A stretch of 64,000 bases of DNA, taken from positions 51,588,353 through 51,652,352 of the forward strand of contig NC_068986.1 in NCBI RefSeq assembly GCF_001194135.2. The letters are read 5' to 3'. The notes under the pieces are model-generated. The model had not been told where the DNA came from. It was given only the letters and a program-made list of their open reading frames with translations, and made no database searches. Below are positions 12,874-25,738 of this stretch, piece after piece. Made by a program: the position numbers and the translations under genes. How positions within the stretch are numbered: the stretch's first letter is position 1; each line of letters opens with the position of its first letter. Origin of the DNA: Octopus bimaculoides (Eukaryota).

Positions 12874-13403
12874 GGCTGCTATCCAATGACTGAAACTAGT
12901 AAAAGAGTACGCTGTTATCTGACACGTAGCAAAAGTTTCTTAATATAATATAAATATGAACAACTTCAACACAAGAAATTTTGTATCATAAAACTAGAAG
13001 CAGACTCAGGTATACTGCTAGCTAAAAGGTTGAATATGCTAGCAGTAGAGTATGTCACATGAACAAAAAAGAGCACATAAGAGAGATAAATATGCAAACC
13101 TAAAATAAACTAGTGCCAACACCTTTACCAGTTAAAATCTTTATCTTGTCAGCTTTTCCACAGCTTTGCCTATTATATTTTTAATAACACATTCCTTTCC
13201 ATCTTAATTAGTTCTGCATATTTGGTTAGCAACACTCTAGAATAGAAAAACTATTTACCAATGCCATCAGTGCAATGTAAAAATAGGTAACACTTAAACA
13301 CATTTTTTTTACAGAGTAGTTGACATAGAATTCCAAATCTATGATATTTTGTTTATTATATTAAATCAAATTTGTTTCTAATGTGCTAAAGTCAAATTGT
13401 TTC

Positions 13404-13558
13404 AGTGGGCTGTGTGGTAAGAAGTTTGCTTCTCAATCACATGGTTCTAGGTTCAGTCCCACTGTGTGGCACCTTGGGCAAGTGGCTTCTATTATAAGCT
13501 TTGGGTCAATTAGAGTTCTGTGAGTGGATTTGGAATATGGAAACTGAAAGAAGCCCAT
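13404..13558 (+). mobile_element. tRNA-head SINE A
   Basis: GGCTGTGTGGTAAGAAGTTTGCTTCTCAATCACATGGTTCTAGGTTCAGTCCCACTGTGTGGCACCTTGGGCAAGTG...GGAAACTGAAAGAAGCCC. Other copies lie near 3955, 8490, 10770, 23545, 28888, 35630, 37065 and 50100. Confidence 0.85.
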
Positions 13559-13574
13559 TGTATATATATATATA

Positions 13575-14444
13575 TTGGGTCATCCCATAAATAATGCGGT
13601 TTTTTTATACTTTTATTTTTCAAAATTAAGATAAACAAAGTTTATTTTCTACAATGCTCTTCCAGCTATCTGGTATATTTGCAAGTCCCCTCTTCCAAAA
13701 TTCACTTGTCCGTGATGAAAAATACTCCTACAGAACTGTCCTGACCTCATCTACAGAATTCATATTTTTTCCGTCCAAATGAATTTGAAGACTGCAGAAT
13801 AAATGATAATCAGATGAAGCAATGTCTGGTGAACATGGTGGGTGGTGCATCATTTCCCATTCATACTGCTCCAGCCTTTGGAATGTCATCCTCACAACAC
13901 ATTCACTCTCTGCATGCAATTAGACTCAGAAAACTTGTGAGGAACACATTGACCCAATTTGCTGCCTTTTCTGATGGCATGCAGGTCTCAATGACCAAAT
14001 CCAAGCTTCTCTACTAGTACCTCAACAATTATGATGGGATTTTGCTCCACTAGGGTTTGCAGGATGTCCTTGTTGAGCTCTACAGATCTTCCAGGAAGAG
14101 GCTTGTCTTCTAGGCTGTAGTTTCTGGCTTGGAATTTCTAGAACCACTGTTGACACTGGCTTACACTTATTGTCCAATTCCTATATACTGCATTAATATT
14201 CCTTGCACTGTCTGTTGCGTTGTTACCTTCATTGAAGTCATAAAGCAAAATATGCCAAATATGCTCTTTTGTCACTTCCATTATAGCTTAGAAAAAATAA
14301 TTGCTAAAAAACTGCACTCTTAAAAACTTGCATTAAGAATAAGGTAAAATTAGTACCAGCTTTTATAGCACATTGATGCAGGTAGGTTATCCTGCCCCCC
14401 TCTGCATGCAATTGAAAAAGTGCATTATTTATGGGATGACCCAA
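13575..14444 (-). mobile_element. mariner (DD34D) transposon, internally deleted, both TIRs present
   Basis: TIRs TTGGGTCATCCCATAAATAATGC at 13575 and GCATTATTTATGGGATGACCCAA ending at 14444, each flanked by TA. Residual transposase includes N-terminal HILLYDF..GNNAT and WEMMHHPPCSPDIASSDYHLFCSLQIHLDGK. Confidence 0.93.
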
Positions 14445-14988
14445 TATGTGTGTGTGTGTGTACAGGGTGTCCACAAAGAGTAAAAGCCCTGTCTGAAAGA
14501 AAGTAATAGCAATGAGAGAAAGGAAGGGGTGGTAAATGAATAAGGAAGGAAGGGGTGAAAAAAATCAGTGTTTCAACTCTGTGTGAGTATATGTGTGTGT
14601 GTGAGTGCACAAGGGAAATATATGAATATTTGTTTGTGTGATTATTTTGTACCTTATTTATATATAAAATACTACAATTAGTCATCATTATTGATGGCAC
14701 ATGGTCAGCTAGTACTTTATGTAACAGAACTCCAACTAAAGGCCTTGACAAAGTAGAATGACTAGTAGATGTCTTATAAGTGAAGCCAAACTGTAGACTT
14801 ATTGTTTATCTCCTAAACCAGGTGGAGTTCATTCTTTATGAGATTTGAACTACAGCTGGTTTCTTTCAGAGAGAAAGAGAGAAACAAAAGAATAATTAGC
14901 TCCAGTACTGGACTGGTACTTCATTTGCTGACTCTGAAGAGATGAAATACAAAGTTGACCTCAGTGGAAAACCAAGTAATCTCTACCC

Positions 14989-14991
<3 letters not shown>

Positions 14992-15045
<54 letters not shown>
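14992..15045. repeat. (CT)n microsatellite
   Basis: Directly visible. Confidence 0.95.
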
Positions 15046-15047
<2 letters not shown>

Positions 15048-15098
15048 CTTATAGCTAGCTTCAAGTCTTTTTGATTATTAAAACCACTTTGAAATGGT

Positions 15099-15212
15099 CA
15101 CAGAGTCACTCATATTTGGAAAATAGGTCTGTTATTCACAAAGTCACTCATATTTGAAACATAGGTTTGTCATTCACAAAGTCCCTCATATTCGGAAAAT
15201 AGGTTTGTCATT
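15099..15212. repeat. 38-bp minisatellite, 3 copies
   Basis: Units start at 15099, 15137 and 15175; consensus CACAAAGTCACTCATATTTGGAAAATAGGTTTGTCATT. Confidence 0.9.
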
Positions 15213-15956
15213 ATCCAAACTACATGACTGAGTAACTTATATAGTTCCTTTCAGGTGCCAGGAAAGAATGGTGCAGAAATTATAGGTTTAAAACTACTGA
15301 AACAAAAAGGGGAAAATAAAAATAAAGGCAAAAATAGAAACAAAGGATGAAAATACACCTATCTATCCATTTTAATTTCTGTTCACCTTTCAAAGCTGAA
15401 AAAATCCAGAATGGTAAATATCATATGACAAATCTTGTGATTTTCTGCCTCTCATTCATTTTTTTCTTCTTCATATTTCCTTTTGCAAATAAAACAAATT
15501 TTGTCTTGATCAAAATCCTCAGAATCGTCATCATCATTGCTATCACCACTAACTCCAACACCATTCTCTGACATGGTTTGTATCCTTTATTTTATTTTTA
15601 ACATCTTTTAACAGTTACTTATATGACAGAATGGTGAAATTCTCCACTCCCTGAGTTTCTTTTTATAATTATTCATTTTTATCTTTTACTTGCTTCAGTC
15701 ATTAGACTGCAGCCATGTTGGGGCATTACCTTGAAGGGTTAAGTCAAACAAGTCAACCCCAACACTTTAATTTACTAAATTCTTCATTATTTTCAAAACT
15801 AATAAAAACAAAAACAGTGTATTTAAACAGTGTATTGTAGTGTCTCCCTTTGATTGATGTAAACCCAACCTGTTTTTGTGTCTTGTAAATTGTCCTTTGA
15901 TATTGTCCTCCATGTCTTGGGCCCTTGTGGCTCGTAAGAGAAATTATTATTACTGC

Positions 15957-15989
<33 letters not shown>

Positions 15990-18477
15990 AAATTCTTTTC
16001 CTCTACTAGTTTCAGAGGCTCTACAGAAATGTCATAGGCAGTGCTCTTTTCCCTCAAATTCAAATAAGCCATAAGAAAAAAGATAAACGCTAATAAAAAA
16101 AAGAAGCTAGAACCAGTGGATGGGAAACATAATTAATAAACAGTTTGCTACAATACAACCTTACAGAATTACAAGTTTAATTAATACTGACTAGTAAGAT
16201 ACATGGAATTTCCATATTTTATAAATGTTATTCTATTTTCATGCATAAATTTAGACTGTATAATATGATCTTGATATCATGAGACTCCTACTTTTTGTAA
16301 CTAATAATCATTAATATCCATTTATCTTTTCTTTTTATAACTCAGGTGTAATACTACCCACTCCACCATTCACTGTAATCCTCATGTTTTGTATCAAATT
16401 TCTCACATTATACATTGATAAATATGGTAGAACTGCATAATATTGTTTCATTATGTTAAAGATTGTCATTATGTCTTCAGTTTGGTTGGTTAAGGTTAAG
16501 GTGGTTTAAAGCAAAACTCTAAAAAAACTTATTCTTTACATTCAAGATTTTGTTTATGTCTCATTTTGTTCCATATTAAAAGTTGTTTATAGTGAATTGC
16601 TCAAGGGTGTTTTGTGAAGCTAATGTTTAGTGTTTTTCATTTCATTCCAAAGTTGAGGTTGTTAACAACCAGACGCTTGAACATGTATTGTAAGGAGTAG
16701 CGTACTATTAGAGATTTGAAACATTCTATCACATACAATTTGATTTCTAGCTTCTTTGAAAGGTGAATTAGATTTAAATCAATAAACATAAAACATACAA
16801 AAGATTATACATATATATATATATATATACTGTTTTATTACTGTTCATTTTATGAGCAGTTCAAGTCACTAACTATATTGATTTAAGGAAATGTGAATAA
16901 CAAGGAAAGATTTAGTGATCAACTAGAACCAATAAACTTGATCATTTTTTAGAAAAGGAGAATTGAAAAGTTTCTTTCTTTTTTATACCATCTCTTGCAA
17001 GGTTTACAGGGACTTCAAAAGCAATGTGCAGACAACACATAGCAAAGCTACAGCTTTCTTCCAGTACCAGAAGCCTATGTAATCCTCAATATTTTTTAAA
17101 CAATTATTAACGTGCAAGTTGAAATAATTATGAATGTTTTGTTTATATGCCCTCACCAATGATGAATCTAGTAGAGTTGTATAAACTCTTGACAATGTGG
17201 TCAATAGATCAGCAATCTAAATATATAATCCCAATCTAGATTAATGATATTAAAAGTCCCAGATGACAGGACCTTTTATACACATATATTTATCCAATGT
17301 GAAAGAGGATCCCAAACAAATATGGATAGTCATATGTACTTTCAAATACAGTGATTAGTTACAAAAACTGAAACCTACTTTCAAAACAATGCATTGTACC
17401 GGGTGTAATTTTATATGAAACTAATGAAAAGAAAATCAGATGACATTGATTGATTATTGTAAAATTAGGGGAGGAGGATGTTACATATTGGATAGTGTCA
17501 GATGAAGAGAATCTCGAGTTTCCTACAAGTAACAGGTGTGCCGATTCAGAAGTTGCTAAGCATAAAGTTCCAGCAATTCAGATAGGATCTGCGTATTGCA
17601 GAAAAAGATTTCATAAAATCCTTTTGTTTTATTATTTATCAATTCCATTAGCAGCTAGCTTTTCACAATGACTTTAGAACAGTGCGTGTATTAAGTCTAT
17701 CATGGAAAAACAAACAAATGCAAAAACCTGAATATTAAAAGCAAACTAACTGAATGCTGCTAAGTCTGAATAATTAGTGAGAACAGTACGTAACAGGTCA
17801 CTGAGGCAACAAATTATGTAATGTAGAGGTAACATTATTCAGTTGCATTCAATCAGATAAATGAATAAAGTCCAAAAGACACCTACTTACATAGCTAACT
17901 GACCACTGAGACACTGTGGATGAATTTACTTTACTCTCTCTCTCCTCTCCTATCAGCTTTGACATACGAGTCTCTAACAGCCAATATTATAGCCATTAGA
18001 CTATGTACACAGATGATTTGTTTTCAGTAGCAAAGCCTTGTGTAGGACTAGCTACAAGTTTTAGGAAAGCTGTTAGCAAAAAGTTGGTGCAAATATTTGC
18101 CACAAACTCAATGAACATCATATCTTAGGCTTTTCAATTAGAGCTCTCCAGCTCATAGATAAGTTGCCTTCGCCATAGCTTAAGGTTCTACCAACTCCAA
18201 CATGTTAAATTTGAAACGGATGCCAAACCAGAAATTGTTATGTACAAGCACATATATGTATTTCATGTAGTTGAATGGTCATTGACTCTCATGATTTCAT
18301 CTGCCCTTCAATTATGTCAGCTTGGACTGGAATTTCTGTAAATTTTAAATGTTTTGTTAGGAGGTTGATGATTAAGTTTTTTTATTTTTGTAACTATAAA
18401 AATTAATAATAATTAGATGATAATCTTTACCAAATATTCAGATATTATTTACCAACATTTCAAGACAGCAACAATAT

Positions 18478-18811
18478 TCAGTCAGAGACGAGCACAGCAA
18501 GAGGTTTCACCAGCACATTCTGTACATAGAAACCTGGTACCAAGGAAAGTGGAGCTCTTCTATGTTGGCTGATTATTGTTGGTCACTAAAAGGGACATTC
18601 CAGAAGCTAAATATAGTCAAAAATCATATGCCTCCCCATTTTAAAGGTAAGTTTCCTTGTAATATCAGCTTGATTTTTGAACTCATGAAATACGATTATT
18701 TAACAATTTACATATACTATCAGAGAAAACCTGTGACTTATATAAAATATCTGAAAACACACTTGAATTCTGCAGATAAAATGCTATTAAGTTCACCTAC
18801 TTTTATTTGTG
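18478..18811 (+). mobile_element. Chapaev3-like (CMC superfamily) transposase C-terminal relic with probable 3' end
   Basis: SVRDEHSKRFHQHILYIETWYQGKWSSSMLADYCWSLK, then after one frameshift RDIPEAKYSQKSYASPF* (stop 18642-18644). This fits the DE.GERFHQ...YQG.W...MLADYCW.L motif I associate with Chapaev3; the family assignment is from memory. Confidence 0.7.
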
Positions 18812-19829
18812 TAACAGAATTTTTCATTAATTCTGTTGACCAATTATAATTGTAAGTCTTATTTCTGCATTAATATAGTACATTTATTGTATAATTTAAT
18901 TATTCTGTTACATATAAACCATAACTGATAGAAAAATTCTAAAAAAAAGATTTGAAATCTGCATTAAAAATACTATAAAGTTCACTTTCTTTAGTCCATG
19001 GGACAGCAAAAAGTTTGAATTTTATTGACTAGTGTTATTGTTATAAATATCATTATAATAAACATTTAGTTGTCCATAATAAAAGTTTTCCTTCTGCATA
19101 AATTCCTAATTAATGAAAAATCTAAAATTATGCAATAAGTACATGCCTGGCAGTTTGAAGTTCATTTCACAACTACATGGTTCAGTGTTCAATCACATTG
19201 CATGGAACCTTTGAGACTTTGGTGATGTGACTGCTTAGTTTTAGAATGTCAATGTAGAAATAGATATGAAATGGATCTGGCCAGTTTGAACATAAAGTTG
19301 GAAAAATATTTGATCTAGATATGACCAATTTAAATGCTAAAGGGTTAAAGAGTAGAAAGTCAAGTAGATATTATTAAACTAAGAAGATTGATAATAGAAG
19401 CTTTAGCAAAGTCTTCAACTGTCTATATTGCATAGAAAAGTTCTTTACCAATCATGAAGTTTCATAGTAGTTATATTTGCAGTAAAGTCCTCTTTATTAT
19501 CAATTCTCTAGAGTCAATAATACAAAAATATCTGTATTTACTGTGACATATGGTATCATAAATAATTTATAATTGTCTTTTTCACAAATCTTTTGATATT
19601 TTCTGGATATAATCTTGAATAATTTCAAAACTTATTGCCTAAATTATTACAGTATGACTTACAAATGTGTCTTTAAAAGATAAATAAATATACGAATAAA
19701 GATACAATTACAAATTGAATTAACAGAGTATATCTGATTGTTAGCACTGCTTCTTGACTTAATAAGCAACAGAAAGATATCCTTTGTGACAATGAAATAT
19801 ATCACTATTACTATAACAAATCACTGTCA

Positions 19830-20090
19830 TCATCAACATTCAATGCCTATTTTCTATGCTGGTATGGGTTAGACAGTTTGACAGGAATTGACGAGGCCAG
19901 GGTCCACACCAAGTTCCATAGTCTGTTTTGGTTTGGTTTCTATGGCTGGATGCCCTTCCTAATGCCAACCACTGTACAGAGTGTACAGGATGCTTTTTAC
20001 ATGGCACCATCACTAGTGCTTTTTATGGTGCACCAACACCTTTTTCATGGCACCAGCACCCACACCAATGTTTTTTATGTGGCACGTTGG
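19830..20090 (-). mobile_element. SINE/LINE-tail family D
   Basis: CATCATCAACATTCAATG...CTATGCTGGTATGGGTTAGACAGTTTGAC...GGCTGGATGCCCTTCCTAATGCCAACCAC. Confidence 0.75.
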
Positions 20091-20489
20091 TTTTAGGATC
20101 TCAATTCTGTTGTGTGGCAGGAGTATTTTTTCGAATACAACAATGTGCCACATATCTTGGTTCATTGTGTTACATAAAAATATGAATGGAATTATAATGA
20201 AACTAAGTTGCAGAAAAATTATAACACCTATAATTTTTTTTTAAATGGGTATGTAATCAAATATCTAATAATTGAAATGGTCCGTTTCATTTGTGAATAA
20301 ATAGGTGACATTTATTTGTTCCCAAAAGGATGTATTTTTTATTTTCTAACTATATGAATTATAGATAGTAGCATGAGTTAGATTCTTCAACAACCATTGA
20401 TATTTAGATGAATGTAAATTAAGTAAGCAAACTGATGCTTTAAATGCCTTTCCAAATATCAACATTGTACATCAACTAAAGTTCTAAAA

Positions 20490-20680
20490 CAATGGTTTTA
20501 AATTTTGGCACACGACCAGCAATTTTAGGGAGAAAGGGTTAATTGATATCATTGACCCCAGTACTCAACTGGTACTTTATTATATCGACCCCTTTGAAGG
20601 ATGAAAGGCAAATCAGACTTCAATGGCATTTGAAATTAGAACATAAATAGTCAGAAGAAATATCCCAAAGTATTCTGCTA
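20490..20680 (-). mobile_element. tRNA-head SINE family C
   Basis: GACCCCAGTACTCAACTGGTACTT...ATCGACCCC...GGATGAAAGGCAAA. Confidence 0.75.
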
Positions 20681-20716
20681 CCAATTCCTCCTGCTCAAAT
20701 AATGTTTGTTTGCATT

Positions 20717-20756
<40 letters not shown>

Positions 20757-21001
20757 NNNNNNNNNNNNNNNNNNNNNNNNNNNNNNNNNNNNNNNNNNNN
20801 NNNNNNNNNNNNNNNNNNNNNNNNNNNNNNNNNNNNNNNNNNNNNNNNNNNNNNNNNNNNNNNNNNNNNNNNNNNNNNNNNNNNNNNNNNNNNNNNNNNN
20901 NNNNNNNNNNNNNNNNNNNNNNNNNNNNNNNNNNNNNNNNNNNNNNNNNNNNNNNNNNNNNNNNNNNNNNNNNNNNNNNNNNNNNNNNNNNNNNNNNNNN
21001 N
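20757..21001. other. Assembly gap
   Basis: N run following (TA)n. Confidence 1.
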
Positions 21002-21135
21002 GTCCAACAATTGATTTCTTATTGATTTAAAAAATTTTTATTTCCATATTCATTGTGGTCATAAGTGAGGATGGTCGTAAATCACATAGGTTGTCAGTTG
21101 AGGAGAAGGTGTTTGTGTGTGTGTGTGTTTGTGTG

Positions 21136-21171
<36 letters not shown>

Positions 21172-22000
21172 GCGAGAGAGTTAGGGGTTGAGGATTCAAC
21201 CCATTAAGGGATAGTATCTATCCAATATACTGCTGGGAGGGTACCCAATTATTGTTACACTAGTGTTTATATATGTAAAATAGTGAAGGCTAGATGTAAT
21301 ATAAAACCAAAAAGGAAAGATTCAATTGTCACTAATAGTGACTGAGGGTACAGGGTGGCAACTACATTGCTAGAAACAAGAGTCAAAGACCCTTATAGTC
21401 ACAAATAGCACATTATCTATGTACTAACATATACTGAAACTTCACTGAAAATCTAATATAAACATTTTCTTAGAGTTAATTTACAGACAAATTTTACTTT
21501 TCAAGGACTTTTGTCCCTTTGAATAATTAGAAAAAAACAAAAAACAATGATCTTTAGGTTTTATACCAATTAATGACCAACTAAAATTTAGATATCTGGA
21601 TTAATAAAAAAAGATATCTGGGATAAGTAACTAAGTTCATTCAATAATCATACCACTTCAAATACTGTCCCATTCTCTCTGAGCCAGACTCAGCTGAGTC
21701 CAGATTTTGTGATGAGGAGAGTAGTTACATTATGGCCCTAAAAGAGCTAAATATTACTCAGTATATATATATCCTTCAAGGGATCAATAACATAGAATAC
21801 CAGTCAAATACTGGGATAAATCCAATCAGCTGACTATTATTCCTCCAGAAACAAAAATTACATAGTTCCTTCCTTATTCAAATAATTTTTAAAAATTATC
21901 TTACCAAGCAATAGTAATTGAAATTAAATAAGCCTATTTATTTATAAAACATCACAAAAAAAAAAAAATTGTTGATAGTATGTGAATTTAGGTTGTAAGA

Positions 22001-22051
<51 letters not shown>

Positions 22052-22099
22052 TCAGTAAATAGTGGGGTTGTGTTAACCGCACTTGGAGAAATAATAGGA

Positions 22100-22109
22100 N
22101 NNNNNNNNN
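22100..22109. other. Assembly gap (10 N)
   Basis: N run. Confidence 1.
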
Positions 22110-22628
22110 AAATGAAAAAAAATAATATATAAAAAAATAAATATACCAATATATTATATTGTCTTTGAGCTTTTAAAGTTCAATGGTAATCCATGTAGAT
22201 AATAGTTGGAAAAATAAGGATGCATGAAAATTGAGAGTTGTGTTAGGTTTAAAAAAGGAGCTAAAGGTTTATGTGTTAAGCTGGAAGTGTGGTGTCAAAA
22301 CAGGAAGTGTATGTAAGGGGAGACAAATCCCTTTTAGTTGGAGTGACCTTATTTCTCTAGGAACAGACAAACTTCCTGTTGACAAAGAGTCCATAACTCC
22401 AACTAAAGAGATTTGTCTCCCCTTACACACACTTCTTGTTTTGACACCACACTTCCTGCTTAACACAAACCTTTAGCTCCTTTTTTTTAAACCTAACACA
22501 GCACTCAATTTTCATGCATCCTTATTTTTCCAACTATTATCTACATGGATTACCATTGAACTTTAAAAGCTCAAAGACAATATAATGTATTGGTATATTT
22601 ATTTTTTTATATATTATTTTTTTCATTT
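22110..22628. repeat. Long inverted repeat (about 235-bp arms, about 50-bp spacer)
   Basis: 22110-22345 is the reverse complement of 22396-22628, with roughly ten substitutions or small indels by manual alignment. Confidence 0.9.
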
Positions 22629-23136
22629 TTTACTTTTTTGTAAAAAACATTTTCATTCTCCCTCTTCTTGAAAATTTGCCATGCAAATATATATATATAT
22701 GGATTTTTTAAGATGTAAGTTGTATTTCAAGGGAGGTTTCACTGCTAATTTGGGTAGGTTGAGTGACCATGTCGATGCCGCAATCTTTAGATTATAGGAT
22801 CACATAAGTAAGTCACTTAGATTAGTAGTTAGTACTATAATGGTAATTAATTTTGTGAATGCTCTCTTTCTCTCAGAACATCTGTTCATGCAGAATGGCT
22901 CACACACATACATACATACATGCAATTAATTACATACACACACTTTCAAACTTACTTAAAATGGGTTAAGTAAAATATAAACACTAAAAGTAAATACGCT
23001 TACTTGCTAAAATCTCATTTTACAGATCATATAATGTATAGCTGAATTTTAACAACAATGCAAAAACAATACAGACCTAGAAGGAATATAGTGAATTAGA
23101 ACAAAGACCCCAGCTAGGATCAATAATGCAAATACA

Positions 23137-23206
<70 letters not shown>

Positions 23207-23320
23207 CACGCACACATACACAGAGTTGTTTTTTCATGGCACCAGCCCTGGCGAGGTAACCAAGTATCTGCAAGACAAGACTTCTTTGATTGAGCAATAT
23301 GAAAGTATGATATATTTTAT

Positions 23321-23361
<41 letters not shown>

Positions 23362-24307
23362 CAAAACTTCAATGATATACATAGATAATCAGTCTAGATC
23401 ATTTCATTTTATCCTACCATACCTGCTACTACTTCTACCATCAGCAATAGCAAGCAGATTAGAAGATTATCTCAGTGTTACAGTCTAAGCTTAACATAAC
23501 AGCTCTAATTGTACATTCGTAGTTTTTCTTTGATAATCATGCAGGCATGACTGTGTAATTAAGAAGTTCACTTCATAATCATATGGTGCCAGGTTCAATC
23601 CCATCATGCAATACTTTGGCCAAGTATCTTCATGTCAACCCAAACACTTGTGAAGAAAAAAACATGTAAATATAAACTGTACAGAAATCTGCTACATGGA
23701 ATATACCTGCTCTCATCTGATAGACTTAATCTATTGCCTGGTCAACACAAACATCAAAGCCCCTGATTCCCCTTTGCTGTGTCAATTCATTTGCAACATT
23801 TGCACTGAATCTCCTTACAGCAGTTAAGTTTTCTGCTGGGTTTTTCCCCACCAAAACTCTTAGAGGCTATGCAAGACAACTCAAAAGTAATGTACTTACT
23901 CTTCTGATTAACAAAAGAAAAGCCAACGTCTGGTTGTTCTATGTATGTGCTCATATGTTATATACCTCTTTTCTCTGGAAATATTTACCAAGGGATTGAG
24001 CTCTTGTGACAGTGAGTTGGAAGAAAGCAACTGCTAGAGAAGGGGAGAATGTTAATCAACTGAAAATCTTTCAGTCTTTGCTTTTTCTTTATTCACAAGT
24101 ATATATGTATATATATTCAAGGAATTTTATCTGTTTATTTGGATCATTGTCTCCATATTTGCTCACTTGGATTCCCTTTACAGCCACTTGTTACCCAGCT
24201 GACATGGTCCTTGGTAAATATTTTGGAGTGTAAGTTCAAATCTTTTGAGTGCTACTGTTTTCTATATGGAGATTCTCTTGATCTCATCTGTTAACTCTCT
24301 CTCTCTC

Positions 24308-24341
<34 letters not shown>

Positions 24342-24782
24342 NNNNNNNNNNNNNNNNNNNNNNNNNNNNNNNNNNNNNNNNNNNNNNNNNNNNNNNNNNN
24401 NNNNNNNNNNNNNNNNNNNNNNNNNNNNNNNNNNNNNNNNNNNNNNNNNNNNNNNNNNNNNNNNNNNNNNNNNNNNNNNNNNNNNNNNNNNNNNNNNNNN
24501 NNNNNNNNNNNNNNNNNNNNNNNNNNNNNNNNNNNNNNNNNNNNNNNNNNNNNNNNNNNNNNNNNNNNNNNNNNNNNNNNNNNNNNNNNNNNNNNNNNNN
24601 NNNNNNNNNNNNNNNNNNNNNNNNNNNNNNNNNNNNNNNNNNNNNNNNNNNNNNNNNNNNNNNNNNNNNNNNNNNNNNNNNNNNNNNNNNNNNNNNNNNN
24701 NNNNNNNNNNNNNNNNNNNNNNNNNNNNNNNNNNNNNNNNNNNNNNNNNNNNNNNNNNNNNNNNNNNNNNNNNNNNNNNNNN
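24342..24782. other. Assembly gap
   Basis: N run following (TA)n. Confidence 1.
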
Positions 24783-25055
24783 TACAAGTGGAACCTCAGA
24801 AGTGGTAAAATCCAAGTGAGGTGTATACTGCTGGCTAATCTTCAGGTCAAGGATATCTTGTATTCTTTTTTGCACACTCAACAACCCTGGTTGCCTACCG
24901 AAGAATATAAAAAGAACCTTTTTGCAGCTCATCGTTCTTTGACAAAAGGAAAAAAAAAATTCACAACTTTCCATCTCAATAAACCACTATTGTTCCAGAA
25001 AGTTATTTTTTTCTAATAACTACAGATTACTCAAAACTAACTTTCTTCCTACACC

Positions 25056-25096
<41 letters not shown>

Positions 25097-25692
25097 TATA
25101 TATATATGTGTGTATTTATATATATTACACAAATATTGCTATTTAAATTTGTATACTATACACACACACACACACACAGAAGCATACTTGTACACATGCA
25201 CACTGAATAAGTACTTGTTCATCTACTGCAACATGAGCCAAGTTATTTGAAATTCAGCATATGTTAATATGCTGTTTACCTTGGGCAACATTTCAACGTA
25301 AATCCAGCAGGTTAATAAATTCATCATGTCTAGTTAATTGCACAGTTTGGGTAGAGAGCCAAACATGTATCTTAGTTCAGTGCTTTGTAGTACTGAGTTC
25401 AATTTTCATCCAGAGCCAAAATTTGAAGTGCTAATAACATACTGGCACTTGTACACTGACATCTTGTTTGTAAAACTCTTCTAGTAACTGTTATTGTAGT
25501 AGCAAGCACTTAATATAACCACATATTTAATGAATGGAAATCTTACACAAAATTTTATTCTCAGTCTGAATAACAATGTTCACTTTTCGTTGAAAAATTT
25601 ATTGCTTGCGAGAAAATCTTGAACACAACAAATTCATTTGCTTATTCTATAATTCTACAGTCATGCATTTATAGAAAAAAAAAAAAAACCTT

Positions 25693-25738
<46 letters not shown>

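Noticed and set aside
13404-13470. tRNA genes at SINE heads (A/B-box-like motifs)
   Set aside because: No complete cloverleaf; each continues into a shared SINE body.
14681-14719. VIIIDGTWS resembling the DTW-domain motif
   Set aside because: Only 5-8 residues match, the splice signals are weak, and the downstream residues do not fit.
15099-15212. Possible CRISPR-like array (38-bp repeats)
   Set aside because: The units are contiguous with no spacers, there are no cas genes, and the context is eukaryotic.
18003-18128. MYTDDLFSV as an RT YxDD motif
   Set aside because: Flanking RT motifs could not be found in any frame.
18640-18655. Perfect donor AAG|GTAAGT
   Set aside because: It lies at the stop of the Chapaev3-like relic, so the upstream open frame is transposase.
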